Assembly (NCBI GenBank): GCA_017853735.1
Contig: JAFMJA010000001.1
Span: 1 to 33,899, forward strand
Direction: 5' to 3'
Length of the DNA stretch: 33,899 nucleotides
Source of the DNA: Burkholderiaceae bacterium
Lineage (GTDB): Bacteria; Pseudomonadota; Gammaproteobacteria; Burkholderiales; Burkholderiaceae_C
Below the pieces are notes generated by a model. That model was not told the origin of the DNA, made no database searches, and saw nothing but the letters and a program-made list of their open reading frames with translations. Both the position numbers and the translations under genes were made by a program. Numbering within the stretch: position 1 is the stretch's first letter; the number at the start of each line of letters is the position of its first letter. Below are positions 1-9,631 of the stretch, one piece after another.

Positions 1-2
1 CC

Positions 3-557
3 GGGGCCAATGGCCTGCGTTTCCTCAAGCAATTGAGGGAATACGGCAACAAGCTCCCTGTGCTGGGCAGTGCTACCACCACCGATGAGGGCATTCTCAA
101 GACGATGGGTGATGAGGCCATCGGCGTGATCAGCGGAAGCTTCTACGCGGCAGGCCTGGAGACGCCAGAGAGCAAACGTTTCGTGGCTGCAGTCAACCGT
201 GACTACGGTGCCGATCCTGGCTATTACACACTGGGTGCCTACTCTGCCGGCGTTTTATTTGAGCAGGCTGCCAAGGCGCTCAACGGCAAGGTGGAAGACA
301 AAGAAGCCCTGATGAAAGCCTTGCGCAATCCTGGTACCCTCAAGGACGCACGCGGAGACTGGAAAATTGACGAACAAGGCAATCCAGTACAGCCGATTTA
401 TATTCGCAAGGTCGAGCGTAAGGGTGGCAAGCTGGTGAATACGGTCCTCAAGACCTACCCCAACACCAGTCAGTTCTGGACCTACGACCCCAAGGCATTT
501 CTAGCAGCACCCGTTTATTCCCGTGATGTGCCGCCATCCAGAAATCTGGAGCCTTGA
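3..557 (+). CDS. ABC transporter substrate-binding protein, branched-chain amino acid (LivK-like) family; 5'-truncated by the window edge
   Basis: Frame open from position 3 (GANGLRFLKQLREY...). C-terminal half resembles type I periplasmic binding proteins (ARGDWKIDEQGNPVQPIYIRKV). Directly upstream of livHMGF-type genes. Confidence 0.88.
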   Translation, partial: GANGLRFLKQLREYGNKLPVLGSATTTDEGILKTMGDEAIGVISGSFYAAGLETPESKRFVAAVNRDYGADPGYYTLGAYSAGVLFEQAAKALNGKVEDKEALMKALRNPGTLKDARGDWKIDEQGNPVQPIYIRKVERKGGKLVNTVLKTYPNTSQFWTYDPKAFLAAPVYSRDVPPSRNLEP

Positions 558-581
558 TTCACGACCGTCAAGTCTGATGGC

Positions 582-624
582 CTAGCTGACGCGCAAGCTT
601 GACCTGCGCGCGTCAGCTGGTTTT
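582..624 (+). terminator. Intergenic stem-loop between binding protein and permease genes (partial terminator or mRNA stabiliser)
   Basis: Perfect 11-bp inverted repeat AGCTGACGCGC (584-594) / GCGCGTCAGCT (608-618), followed by GGTTTT. Confidence 0.55.
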
Positions 625-646
625 GGTTCAGAGATCTGATCTATCC

Positions 647-1522
647 ATGTTCGACAAGCCAATGGCATTCTGGTTGATCCAGAGCCTGAACAGCCTTTCA
701 CTCGGCGGACTCTTGTTTCTGCTGTCGGCTGGTTTCTCCTTGATTTTCGGGTTGATGCGCATTGCCAACCTGTCGCATGGCGCCTATTTCATGCTTGGGG
801 CCTATATCGGCCTGTCTGCCTTACGCGCTGGCGCGAATTTTTTTGTGGCCATGCTGCTGGCTGGCCTGGCGATTGCCCTATTGGGTGGCTTGATCGAACG
901 GCTGGTGATCAGGCGCCTGTCCAGCAACCCCCTGGGCCAGGTGCTGGCGACCCTGGGTATTGCCTTCATCATTGCCGATGGCTGCCTGCTTTACTGGACG
1001 GGTGACCCGCAGCCCTTGCCAACTCCTGAATGGCTACGTGGAGTATTTCAGGTGAGTGGTGCGGCTTTTCCCAAATACCGAATTGCCGTGGTGGGAGTCG
1101 CCATTGTGGTTGCCATTTTTCTCTGGCTATTGATGGACAAGACCCGTATCGGCGCCATGATCCGAGCCGGCGTCGACGACCGTGAGATGGCGCGTGGGAT
1201 CGGTATTCCGGTCTCCTGGTTGTTCACCACCGTTTTTTGTCTGGGTTCCTTTCTGGCAGGAATGGGTGGGGTATTGGGTGGTCCGATTCTCTCGGTCTAT
1301 CCTGGCCTGGATACCGATATGCTTCCATTGGCACTGGTAGTGGTGATTCTGGGGGGAGTGGGTAGCTTGGTTGGCGCTTTTGTAGGCAGCTTTCTCATCG
1401 GTCTGATCTACACCTTCGGCCAGACATTGGTTCCCGATCTGGCCTACATGATTCTTTTCCTGCCCATGATTCTGGTGCTGGCCTTGCGCCCACGGGGCCT
1501 GTTCGGACGCATCAGCGCATGA
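647..1522 (+). CDS. livH: Branched-chain amino acid ABC transporter permease (LivH-like)
   Basis: Hydrophobic; GFSLIFGLMRIANLSHG, TRIGAMIRA and VVVILGGVGS motifs. Start ATG 647, alternative 662. Confidence 0.9.
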   Translation: MFDKPMAFWLIQSLNSLSLGGLLFLLSAGFSLIFGLMRIANLSHGAYFMLGAYIGLSALRAGANFFVAMLLAGLAIALLGGLIERLVIRRLSSNPLGQVLATLGIAFIIADGCLLYWTGDPQPLPTPEWLRGVFQVSGAAFPKYRIAVVGVAIVVAIFLWLLMDKTRIGAMIRAGVDDREMARGIGIPVSWLFTTVFCLGSFLAGMGGVLGGPILSVYPGLDTDMLPLALVVVILGGVGSLVGAFVGSFLIGLIYTFGQTLVPDLAYMILFLPMILVLALRPRGLFGRISA

Positions 1523-2472
1523 AGCGGGCGAGCTTTGTCATCTTCCTGGCAGTCTTGCTGGTCTTGCCCTGGCTGGGCGGGGATTACTACATCAATCTTG
1601 GCAGTCAGATCCTGATCGCTGCCCTGTTTGCATTGAGCCTGAACCTGCTGGTGGGCTATGCGGGCTTGACCTCCTTGGGTCATGCGGCCTATCTGGGGGT
1701 TTCTGCCTATGTCTCTGGTTGGCTGTTCTTGAAGCTGGGCTGGGGGCATGCCATGACGGCACCTGCGGCCCTGCTGCTGACCACCCTGATGGCCGCCTTG
1801 TTTGGCCTGATCGCTTTGCGCGCCTCGGGCATTGGCTTCCTAATGATCACCCTGGCCTTGGGTCAGGTTTTGTGGGGGCTCGCCTTTCGTTGGGTCACCA
1901 TCACCAATGGTGACAACGGCTTATCGGGCCTGACCCGGCCAGCTCCATTTGGCATCAACCTGGATGGCGCATCGGCCTTTTATATTTTCACGGCGATTGT
2001 TTTTGCACTGTCGCTGATCTGCATCGTTCTTTTTGCCAACTCATCGTTTGGCGCGGTCTTGCGGGGCACCCGGGATCAGCCACGGCGCATGCTTGCGCTG
2101 GGACACAACGTCTGGCTGGTGCGCTACCTCACATTTATTGTGGCTGGCTTCTGGGCTGCAGCTGCAGGCTTGCTATATGTTTATTACCACAAGTTCATTC
2201 ACCCGCACGCCCTGGGATTGACCAACTCGGCTGAAACCCTCCTGATGGTGATTGCGGGGGGCTCGGGAACATTGGCGGGTCCTATTGTGGGTGCTGCCAT
2301 CGTGGTGCTGCTGAAAAACTATGTCTCCGCATTCATCGAGCGTTGGACCATGTTGCTCGGCTTTGTCTTTTTAATGATTGTGATGTTCATGCCCGATGGG
2401 CTGGTTCCAGGCCTGCAAAGAATCTGGACCCGACTGACTGGCGACAAGGCCAAGAGCCAGGAGCTTGCATGA
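1519..2472 (+). CDS. livM: Branched-chain amino acid ABC transporter permease (LivM-like)
   Basis: LNLLVGYAGLTSLGHAAY and MVIAGGSGTLAGP motifs. ATGA overlap with the upstream gene. Confidence 0.92.
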   Translation: MKRASFVIFLAVLLVLPWLGGDYYINLGSQILIAALFALSLNLLVGYAGLTSLGHAAYLGVSAYVSGWLFLKLGWGHAMTAPAALLLTTLMAALFGLIALRASGIGFLMITLALGQVLWGLAFRWVTITNGDNGLSGLTRPAPFGINLDGASAFYIFTAIVFALSLICIVLFANSSFGAVLRGTRDQPRRMLALGHNVWLVRYLTFIVAGFWAAAAGLLYVYYHKFIHPHALGLTNSAETLLMVIAGGSGTLAGPIVGAAIVVLLKNYVSAFIERWTMLLGFVFLMIVMFMPDGLVPGLQRIWTRLTGDKAKSQELA

Positions 2473-3209
2473 CGCTGGCACTGGAAGTCCAAGGCCTGTG
2501 CAAATCCTTCGGTGGTCTGCCAGTGACCAGCGAAGTCTCGCTGGCTGTGGAGCCTGGGGAGCGGCGCCTCATCATCGGCCCCAATGGCGCAGGCAAGACC
2601 ACGCTTTTCAACCTGATCGCTGGTGACCTGACTGCGGATGCAGGGTCGATCAAACTGTTTGGCTCGGAAGTGATTCATTTGCGCACCGACCAGCGTGCCC
2701 AACAGGGCATGGCAAGAACCTTTCAGATCATCACCCTGTTTCCCAAAGATACCCTGGCCCACAATGTCGTCCTCAGCCTGCTGGGCCGATCGCCGGCGCG
2801 CTGGAACGCCTTGAAACCCCAATCCTCCCGGCGCGATTTGTACGAGCAAGCCCGCGAAGTTCTGGCCCGTATTGGGCTAGGGGACTTGGCTGACCGGCCC
2901 TTGTCGCAGGTGTCCTACGGCGAAAAGCGTCGTGTCGAAATTGCCATGGCCCTGGCACAGCAGCCAAGACTTTTATTGCTCGATGAGCCTCTGGCCGGCT
3001 TGTCAATGGAAGAACGAAAAACCGTGCAGGCGCTGTTGGCCGATATTCCTCGCGATATCACCCTGGTCATGATCGAACATGACATGGACACATCACTCGC
3101 CCTGGCTGAGCGCATCACCCTGTTGCACTACGGCAAGGTTATTGTCGAAGGCACACGGGCAGAAGTGGTGGCGCATCCGCGCACCCAGGAGATCTACCTT
3201 GGCACCTGA
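2469..3209 (+). CDS. livG: ABC transporter ATP-binding protein (LivG-like)
   Basis: Walker A GPNGAGKT, signature VSYGEKRR, Walker B LLLLDEP, IEHDM. ATGA-coupled start at 2469. Confidence 0.92.
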   Translation: MTLALEVQGLCKSFGGLPVTSEVSLAVEPGERRLIIGPNGAGKTTLFNLIAGDLTADAGSIKLFGSEVIHLRTDQRAQQGMARTFQIITLFPKDTLAHNVVLSLLGRSPARWNALKPQSSRRDLYEQAREVLARIGLGDLADRPLSQVSYGEKRRVEIAMALAQQPRLLLLDEPLAGLSMEERKTVQALLADIPRDITLVMIEHDMDTSLALAERITLLHYGKVIVEGTRAEVVAHPRTQEIYLGT

Positions 3210-3924
3210 CGAGATTGTTTTGAGCCTGAATGGGGTGGACACTCTGTATGGCGACAGCCATGTGCTCCATGAGGTGTCCCTGAACTTGCGCCAGGGGCAT
3301 TTGCTGGCGCTGCTCGGACGTAACGGTGCTGGTAAGACCACCACCATGAACACCATCATTGGCTTTGTCAAGCCGCGCGCTGGCGAGATCATGCTGCATG
3401 GAAAGTCGATTGCCGGCTTGTCGCCCGAAGCCATCTCCCGGCGTGGCATAGGGCTGGTACCGCAGGGCCGGCGGATTTTTCCCAACCTGTCGGTGCTGGA
3501 AAATCTAGTGGTGGCCGCGCGCAAACCGGTTTCGAGTACCCCGCATGTCTGGACCATTGACACTGTGTTTGAGACCTTCCCGCGCCTACGCGAGCGAGAG
3601 CGACAGACCGCCGGATCCCTCTCAGGGGGTGAGCAACAGATGCTGGCCATCGGACGGGCCCTGGTTTCCAATGCCAGTGTCTTGTTGATGGATGAGCCCT
3701 CGGAAGGCCTGGCGCCGATGATCGTCCATGAAGTGGGCGAAATCCTGAAGAAACTCAAGTCGCAAGGCTTTTCTATCCTGTTGGTCGAGCAGAACACCTC
3801 GCTGGCGCTCCAGGTGGCCGATGATGTGGTGATCTACAACACCGGTCGGGTGGTCTTCAGCGGCAGCGCCAACCAGGTGCGTGAACAGCCGGGTGTATTG
3901 CAATCGAATCTTGGCATTTTTTAA
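3199..3924 (+). CDS. livF: ABC transporter ATP-binding protein (LivF-like)
   Basis: GRNGAGKT, LSGGEQQ, LMDEPSEGLAP, LVEQN. Probable TTG start at 3199 after an AGGAG RBS. Confidence 0.9.
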   Translation: MAPDEIVLSLNGVDTLYGDSHVLHEVSLNLRQGHLLALLGRNGAGKTTTMNTIIGFVKPRAGEIMLHGKSIAGLSPEAISRRGIGLVPQGRRIFPNLSVLENLVVAARKPVSSTPHVWTIDTVFETFPRLRERERQTAGSLSGGEQQMLAIGRALVSNASVLLMDEPSEGLAPMIVHEVGEILKKLKSQGFSILLVEQNTSLALQVADDVVIYNTGRVVFSGSANQVREQPGVLQSNLGIF

Positions 3925-3939
3925 AAATCGGAGCATCCA

Positions 3940-4728
3940 GTGACTACGCTGAAACTTGGCAACCTGTCCGTTGAATATTCCCAGACCGGGGCCGGCCCAG
4001 ATCTATTGCTGGTGCATAGTCTGCTCACCGAAATGACGGTCTTTGACCGCATCGTTCCTGCACTGGCAGCTAGCCATCGCGTCACATGCGTCAACCTCCC
4101 TGGCTTTGGCGGTTCTTCGCCTGCAGTGCTTCATAGCCTGGAAGACCAGGCAGATCACCTGGCGCGCGTTATGGCTGGCCTCAAATTGCCAGCCAGCACC
4201 GCGGTGTTTGGAAATGGTTTTGGTGCTTTTGTCTGTTTGCAACTGGCCATCCGTCACGGGCGCAAGTTTGGCAAGCTGTTGGTGGCCGATTGCGTCGCGG
4301 CCTTTCCCGAGCCTGCTCGGGTGCCGTTTCGAGGCATGGCCGCCAAAGTGGCAGTCACCGGCATGACCGAGGTGCTTGACACCGCGATCGGAAGAATGTT
4401 TCCTGCAGCGTTTCAGGATGCGCATCCCCAGGTGATAGTCGAGCGCAAGGCCAAACTCGCCGCTGTGGACTCGTCCTGTTTTGGTCGTGCCTGTTTGGCC
4501 CTGGCCTCCATGGACCTCACCCATGAGCTGCCGACCATACGCAACCATACCCTGGTCCTATGTGGCGCCCTGGATCAGACCACCCCGCCCGCATTGGCCG
4601 AGAAAGTGGCCCAACTCATTGCCGGTGCCCGCTATCAGGAAATTCCAGACTCTGGCCACTGTCCCATGCTCGAGCAAAGTGAAGCATTGGTGGCGTCCAT
4701 GCTGGCTTTTCTCAAAGAAACCAACTGA
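3940..4728 (+). CDS. Alpha/beta fold hydrolase, PcaD (enol-lactonase)-like, lacking the nucleophile Ser
   Basis: LPGFGGS, GALDQTTPP (acid) and SGHCPM (His) motifs. The nucleophile elbow reads GNGFG. GTG start after GGAG. Confidence 0.85.
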   Translation: MTTLKLGNLSVEYSQTGAGPDLLLVHSLLTEMTVFDRIVPALAASHRVTCVNLPGFGGSSPAVLHSLEDQADHLARVMAGLKLPASTAVFGNGFGAFVCLQLAIRHGRKFGKLLVADCVAAFPEPARVPFRGMAAKVAVTGMTEVLDTAIGRMFPAAFQDAHPQVIVERKAKLAAVDSSCFGRACLALASMDLTHELPTIRNHTLVLCGALDQTTPPALAEKVAQLIAGARYQEIPDSGHCPMLEQSEALVASMLAFLKETN

Positions 4729-4740
4729 GCGAGCCCTTCC

Positions 4741-5217
4741 ATGTCAGAGCAATTCAACCTGCATGTGAACGGCAAGCCGCACCAGGTCCAGGCCGAGGGG
4801 AGTACCCCGCTGCTGTATATCCTGCGCAATGATCTCAAGCTCAAAGGCACCCGCTTTGGTTGCGGGGCAGGCCATTGCGGCGCCTGCACAGTCCTGATCG
4901 ACAACAAGGCGGTCCAGTCCTGCGACACACCGCTTTGGTCAGTTGTCGGCCATCAGGTGTCGACGATCGAAAGCCTGGGCGATGCCAAGGCGCCTGGGCG
5001 CCTGCAAAAGGCCTTCATCGAGATGCAGGCTGCGCAATGCGGCTATTGCATCAACGGCATCATCATGGCCGCAGAAGCCTTGTTGCGCGCTAATCCTGAT
5101 CCAAGCGATGCCGATATCGTGGCAGCCCTGGAGCGCAATCTTTGCCGCTGTGGCACACATGTGCGGGTGCTCCAGGCAATCCAGCATGCGGTGAGATCAA
5201 CAGGAGCAGCCCAATGA
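4741..5217 (+). CDS. (2Fe-2S)-binding small subunit of a molybdenum hydroxylase (NicA/CoxS-like)
   Basis: GCGAGHCGAC...C and QCGYC...NLCRC cluster motifs. Confidence 0.93.
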   Translation: MSEQFNLHVNGKPHQVQAEGSTPLLYILRNDLKLKGTRFGCGAGHCGACTVLIDNKAVQSCDTPLWSVVGHQVSTIESLGDAKAPGRLQKAFIEMQAAQCGYCINGIIMAAEALLRANPDPSDADIVAALERNLCRCGTHVRVLQAIQHAVRSTGAAQ

Positions 5218-7322
5218 GCGCTCCCAAAGCCCTGCCCCAGAGCCTGCAGACCAACCCCCTGCTGAGTACCTGGGTGCGCATCCTGGCTGATCACACGGTT
5301 CAGGTGTTTTCAGGCAAGGTTGAACTGGGCCAAGGCATCGTGACGGCCATGGCCCAGATCGCAGCTGAGGAACTGGACATTGGATTTGACCAGCTACGGA
5401 TCACTTCCGGAGACACCCGTGTTTCACCCGACGAGTGGTACACCGCAGGCAGTCAGTCGATCGAGGTGGGAGGTGCAGCGATGCGGCTGGTGTGCGCCGA
5501 AGTGCGTAGCCTGTTTTTGGCACAAGCAGCCATCCAGCTTGGTGAGAATGTCCAGAATATCTCGGTACACCGGGGCCAGTTTTCTTCTGCCAAAGGCAGC
5601 ACGAGTTACTGGGAGATGCGCGATTTAGTCGATCTAGGGCGTGCCTTCAGCGCCAGCGCCACTCCCAAATCTCATGGATTGCACGCGGTGGTCGGGCGTC
5701 CGGCCGCTCGCCTGGATATCGCGGCCAAAGTCTCGGGTGCAGCGTTTGTCCAGGATATGGAACTGCCCGGCATGCTGTTTGGTCGTATTCTGCGACCACC
5801 CACCCTCGGTACTACCCTTCTATCGCTGGATGCAGAGCAAATACGCAAGATGCCTGGGGTGGCGCATGTGCTGGTCAGCGGCAGCTTTGTGGGCATTGCC
5901 GCGCTGCGTGAGGAGCAGGCGCTCAAGGCGCTGGAGAAAGCCCGTTCGCTTGCCCGCTGGAGTGAAGCGCCCGGCATGCCCGAACCTGGAGATATCGCCG
6001 AAGTTCTGCGCCACTTGCCATCCACCCGTGCTGTGACCTACAGCCAGGGGAATGAGCCATCCGGTCGGGCTGACAAAGGTTTTACCGCCTCATATTCACG
6101 CCCCTACCTTGCCCACGCCTCGATCGGCACCAGCAGTGCGCTAGCTCAACTCGAAGCAGGCCAGCTCACCATCTGGTCCCATACCCAGGGCCCACATCAT
6201 CTGCGTGCCCAGATTGCCAAAGTGATGCAAATGCCCCTGGAGGCTGTAAATATCATCCATCGCGACGGTGCTGGCTGTTATGGTCACAACGGTGCGGATG
6301 ATGTGGCCTTGGATGCGGCTCTGCTGGCGCGCGCCTGTGCACAGCCGGTGCTGGTGGTCTGGACGCGTGAAGATGAGTTGGTCTGGTCGCCCAGCGGGTC
6401 AGCCATGCTGGTGGAGATGAAAGCGTCGCTCGATGCCAATCAGCAGTTGAGTGCCTGGTCCCATGAACTCTGGAGCCATACCCATATCAAGCGCCCCGGC
6501 TGGGCCGAGGGGGTCAACCTCCTGGCTGCCTGGCATATGGACCCGCCGCACCCTGTGCCTCCGGCCAAGGACATGCCCTTGCCGGCTGGCGGGGGAGATC
6601 GCAATGCAATTCCGCTCTACAACATTCCCAGGGTGGAGGTGGTTTACAACTTCATCGCCGATATGCCGGTACGCGTCTCGGCGCTGCGCACCCTGGGCGC
6701 CCAGACCAATGTGTTTGCCATCGAATCTTTTCTGGATGAAATCGCCAGCGAAGTGGGCATCGATCCGGTCGAATTCCGCCTGCGGCATCAGTCGGACCCG
6801 CGCGCGCGCGCGGTGATCGAGGCCGCTGCCAAAGCAGCAGGCTGGCGCACCGGCGCGATTGGGGATGAGGCGCGTGGCATGGGCATGGGTTTTTCCCGCT
6901 ACAAAAACATGTCTGCCTATTGTGCGGTGGTGACTGAAATTGAAGTGACCCAGTCGATTCGTGTTCTGCGCGCAGTGGCTGCGGTCGATGCGGGGCAGAT
7001 TGTCAATCCGGACGGTCTGCGCAATCAGATCGAAGGCGGCATCTTGCAGGCCATCAGTTGGACTTTGAAAGAGGCGATGCATTGGGACCGCGAGCGCCTG
7101 ACCTCGCGGAGCTGGGAGGACTATCCCATCCTTCGTTTTGATGAAGTGCCAGCCATCGAGGTGGTGCTGATCGATCGCCCCGACCTGCCCGGTCTGGGTG
7201 CTGGCGAATGCGCGGCCGGACCCACTTCGGCCGCGCTGGGCAACGCCCTGTTCCAGGCCATGGGGCTGCGCATGCGTGATCTGCCGCTCACACCAGAGCG
7301 GATTGCGCGCGCCTTGGCGTGA
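5214..7322 (+). CDS. Xanthine dehydrogenase-family molybdopterin-binding subunit (nicotinate dehydrogenase NicB-like, no cytochrome c domains)
   Basis: SGKVELGQG, GCYGHNGADD, SALRTLGA, NQIEGG and GAGE motifs. ATGA overlap with the 2Fe-2S gene. No CxxCH. Confidence 0.9.
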   Translation: MSAPKALPQSLQTNPLLSTWVRILADHTVQVFSGKVELGQGIVTAMAQIAAEELDIGFDQLRITSGDTRVSPDEWYTAGSQSIEVGGAAMRLVCAEVRSLFLAQAAIQLGENVQNISVHRGQFSSAKGSTSYWEMRDLVDLGRAFSASATPKSHGLHAVVGRPAARLDIAAKVSGAAFVQDMELPGMLFGRILRPPTLGTTLLSLDAEQIRKMPGVAHVLVSGSFVGIAALREEQALKALEKARSLARWSEAPGMPEPGDIAEVLRHLPSTRAVTYSQGNEPSGRADKGFTASYSRPYLAHASIGTSSALAQLEAGQLTIWSHTQGPHHLRAQIAKVMQMPLEAVNIIHRDGAGCYGHNGADDVALDAALLARACAQPVLVVWTREDELVWSPSGSAMLVEMKASLDANQQLSAWSHELWSHTHIKRPGWAEGVNLLAAWHMDPPHPVPPAKDMPLPAGGGDRNAIPLYNIPRVEVVYNFIADMPVRVSALRTLGAQTNVFAIESFLDEIASEVGIDPVEFRLRHQSDPRARAVIEAAAKAAGWRTGAIGDEARGMGMGFSRYKNMSAYCAVVTEIEVTQSIRVLRAVAAVDAGQIVNPDGLRNQIEGGILQAISWTLKEAMHWDRERLTSRSWEDYPILRFDEVPAIEVVLIDRPDLPGLGAGECAAGPTSAALGNALFQAMGLRMRDLPLTPERIARALA

Positions 7323-7382
7323 TGTTCTGCTTGGTTTCCCAGGAAAGCGGTCGGCCCCCTAGTACTCAGGCCGGTGGCTGGC

Positions 7383-8201
7383 TCAGCCAGCCAGAAAATC
7401 TCGCAGTGCGAACAGGGTTGCATCGGGCGTTTCAAGCATCTGGTGATGGCCGACGGCCAATTCAACCTGGCTGATGGATTTGCCAGTTCGACGCGCCCGC
7501 TCGATCAGGGTTTGTGCTGCCAGGGGTGGAGTCATCAGGTCTACCTTGCCCAGCAGAAACAGCACGGGGCAGGTGATGGCTTCGATGGCCTGTTCGCCAT
7601 TGGCGTACTGGTCACAGGCCTGAAAGCCCAGGTGAAACAGATTGACCTCTGAATTGCTGGCCAGGACACGCCGGTTCAATGCGGTGTTAGCACCCCGCAC
7701 CCAGGTGCCCGGACCGAGCGCAGATGGGGGGGCAGCCAATGTGCTGCGCATGAAAACATTGATCATGGCAATGCCTCTTTCCGGATCGCGCTCGGAGGCT
7801 TCAAGCAGGACCGGGGAAACCTTCATCGGATAGGCGGTACCGATCAGGACCAGGTGGCTGACCCTTTGCTTTAACCGGGCAGCCGCCTCCAGGGCAATCA
7901 GCGAACCCCAGCTGTGTCCTACCAGCGCAGCCTGCTGCACACCCGCAGCGTTCAGGAGCGCGGCAATGAAATCAGCGGCCTGCTCGACTGTTTTTGGGGG
8001 CTCGCCCGCACTGCGGCAATGGCCTGGGAGGTCGATCGCCAGGACATTCCAGCCATGATTGGCCAGGTACCGGCTTTGCAGAATCCAGGCACTGTGGTCG
8101 TTGAGCACGCCGTGGATCATCACCACCGTCGGCTTGGCTGGATCAAAAGCCTTGCCCGCTGTGTAGCAGTAAGTGACAGCGCCTTGAACAGTCAGTTCCA
8201 T
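7383..8201 (-). CDS. Alpha/beta hydrolase
   Basis: HG oxyanion motif, DLPGHCRS, GHSWG nucleophile elbow, D and H triad candidates. One-base overlap with metY. Confidence 0.9.
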   Translation of the reverse strand: MELTVQGAVTYCYTAGKAFDPAKPTVVMIHGVLNDHSAWILQSRYLANHGWNVLAIDLPGHCRSAGEPPKTVEQAADFIAALLNAAGVQQAALVGHSWGSLIALEAAARLKQRVSHLVLIGTAYPMKVSPVLLEASERDPERGIAMINVFMRSTLAAPPSALGPGTWVRGANTALNRRVLASNSEVNLFHLGFQACDQYANGEQAIEAITCPVLFLLGKVDLMTPPLAAQTLIERARRTGKSISQVELAVGHHQMLETPDATLFALRDFLAG

Positions 8202-9502
8202 CAGCGGCTCATCCTGGCGGCTGCTTTCAGGGCCCGTCCCAGGTCGTCGATCAGATCGTCCGGGTCTTCCAGTCCAACGGACAGGCGAATGGTTCCCTGG
8301 CGGATCCCTGCGCTGGCCAAGGCCTCGTCGCTCATGCGAAAGTGGGTGGTGGATGCAGGGTGAATGACCAGGCTTCGCGCGTCGCCTACATTGGCCAGAT
8401 GACTGAAAAGTTTGAGTCCTTCGATGAATTTTTTTCCTTGTTCCCGGTTGCCCCGAAGGTCAAAGCTGAACACAGAGCCAGCCCCGCGCGGTAACAGGCG
8501 CTTGGCCAGCAGATGGCTGGGATGATCCTTGAGCATCGGGTGACCTACCCGTTCAACCAATGGATGCGTTGCCAGGAAGGCAACAATTTTTTCGGTATTG
8601 CTCATGTGCCGGGCCATGCGCAAGGGCAGGGTCTCGATGCCCTGCAGGATCAGCCAGGCAGTATGTGGGCTCATGCAGGCGCCGAAATCACGCAAACCTT
8701 CGCGCCGGGCTCGCAAGAGAAAGGCGCCGATGGTGGACTCCTCGGCAAACACCATGTTGTGAAAGCCGTCATAGGCCTGGCTCAGTTCAGGGAATTTCCC
8801 AGACCGACCCCAGTCAAAATTGCCGCTATCGATGACGACGCCACCAATCACGGTGCCATGGCCGCTGAGAAACTTGGTGGCCGAGTGATAGACCAGGTCG
8901 GCACCGTGCTCCATGGGCTTGATCAGCCAGGGCGAGGTGAGGGTGGAATCCACCAGCAAGGGCAGACCTGCAGCATGGGCAATCTCGCTGACCCTGGGAA
9001 TATCCAGGACATCCAGCCCCGGATTGCCGACAGTTTCTCCGAAAAGTAATTTGGTATTGGGGCGAATGGCAGCTCGCCATCCATCGATGTCCCCAGGCTG
9101 GACAAACGTGGTGTCAATGCCAAAGCGTCTGAGGGTGTAATGCAACAGGTTTTGCGAGCCACCATATAGGGCGCTAGAGGCCACAATGTGCGAGCCAGCC
9201 CCCATAAGGGTGGCCACACTCAGGTGCAGTGCGGCCTGGCCGCTGGCCACTGCAATCGCCCCGATGCCGCCCTCCAAGGCGGCCATTCTTTGCTCAAAAA
9301 CCGCATTGGTGGGGTTGCTGATGCGGCTATAGACATGGCCAGCGCGTTCCAGGTTGAACAAGGCAGCGGCTTGGTCACTGGATTCAAAGACAAAGGAAGT
9401 CGTCAGGTGAATCGGCACCGCACGCGCACCGGTGCTGGGGTCAGGAGAAGCGCCGGCATGTAGCGCCAGCGTATCGAAGCCGGGATCAGACGAGCCGGAC
9501 AT
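8201..9502 (-). CDS. metY: O-acetylhomoserine aminocarboxypropyltransferase / sulfhydrylase (PLP, MetY family)
   Basis: YSRISNPT, ASGQAA, HSATKFLSGHG (PLP Lys), HLANVGDARSLVIHPASTTH, IRLSVGLE. Confidence 0.92.
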   Translation of the reverse strand: MSGSSDPGFDTLALHAGASPDPSTGARAVPIHLTTSFVFESSDQAAALFNLERAGHVYSRISNPTNAVFEQRMAALEGGIGAIAVASGQAALHLSVATLMGAGSHIVASSALYGGSQNLLHYTLRRFGIDTTFVQPGDIDGWRAAIRPNTKLLFGETVGNPGLDVLDIPRVSEIAHAAGLPLLVDSTLTSPWLIKPMEHGADLVYHSATKFLSGHGTVIGGVVIDSGNFDWGRSGKFPELSQAYDGFHNMVFAEESTIGAFLLRARREGLRDFGACMSPHTAWLILQGIETLPLRMARHMSNTEKIVAFLATHPLVERVGHPMLKDHPSHLLAKRLLPRGAGSVFSFDLRGNREQGKKFIEGLKLFSHLANVGDARSLVIHPASTTHFRMSDEALASAGIRQGTIRLSVGLEDPDDLIDDLGRALKAAARMSR

Positions 9503-9631
9503 GGTTGCTTATGCAGATCATGAGTTGGGTTAAAAACATGCGATATCCGACTTGACCAAAGACTGATTTAAGCCTTATTGTGGTCCATATTTCAACCGGA
9601 GTATGCCGCCAGCTCGGCCCAGCAGGAGAAG

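Noticed and set aside
6799-6812. (CG)n run as a phase-variation tract
   Set aside because: It encodes in-frame PRARA within an intact ORF; unremarkable in GC-rich DNA.
9503-9631. SAM/SAH riboswitch upstream of metY
   Set aside because: No recognisable aptamer consensus; the short region also serves the divergent CBS gene.
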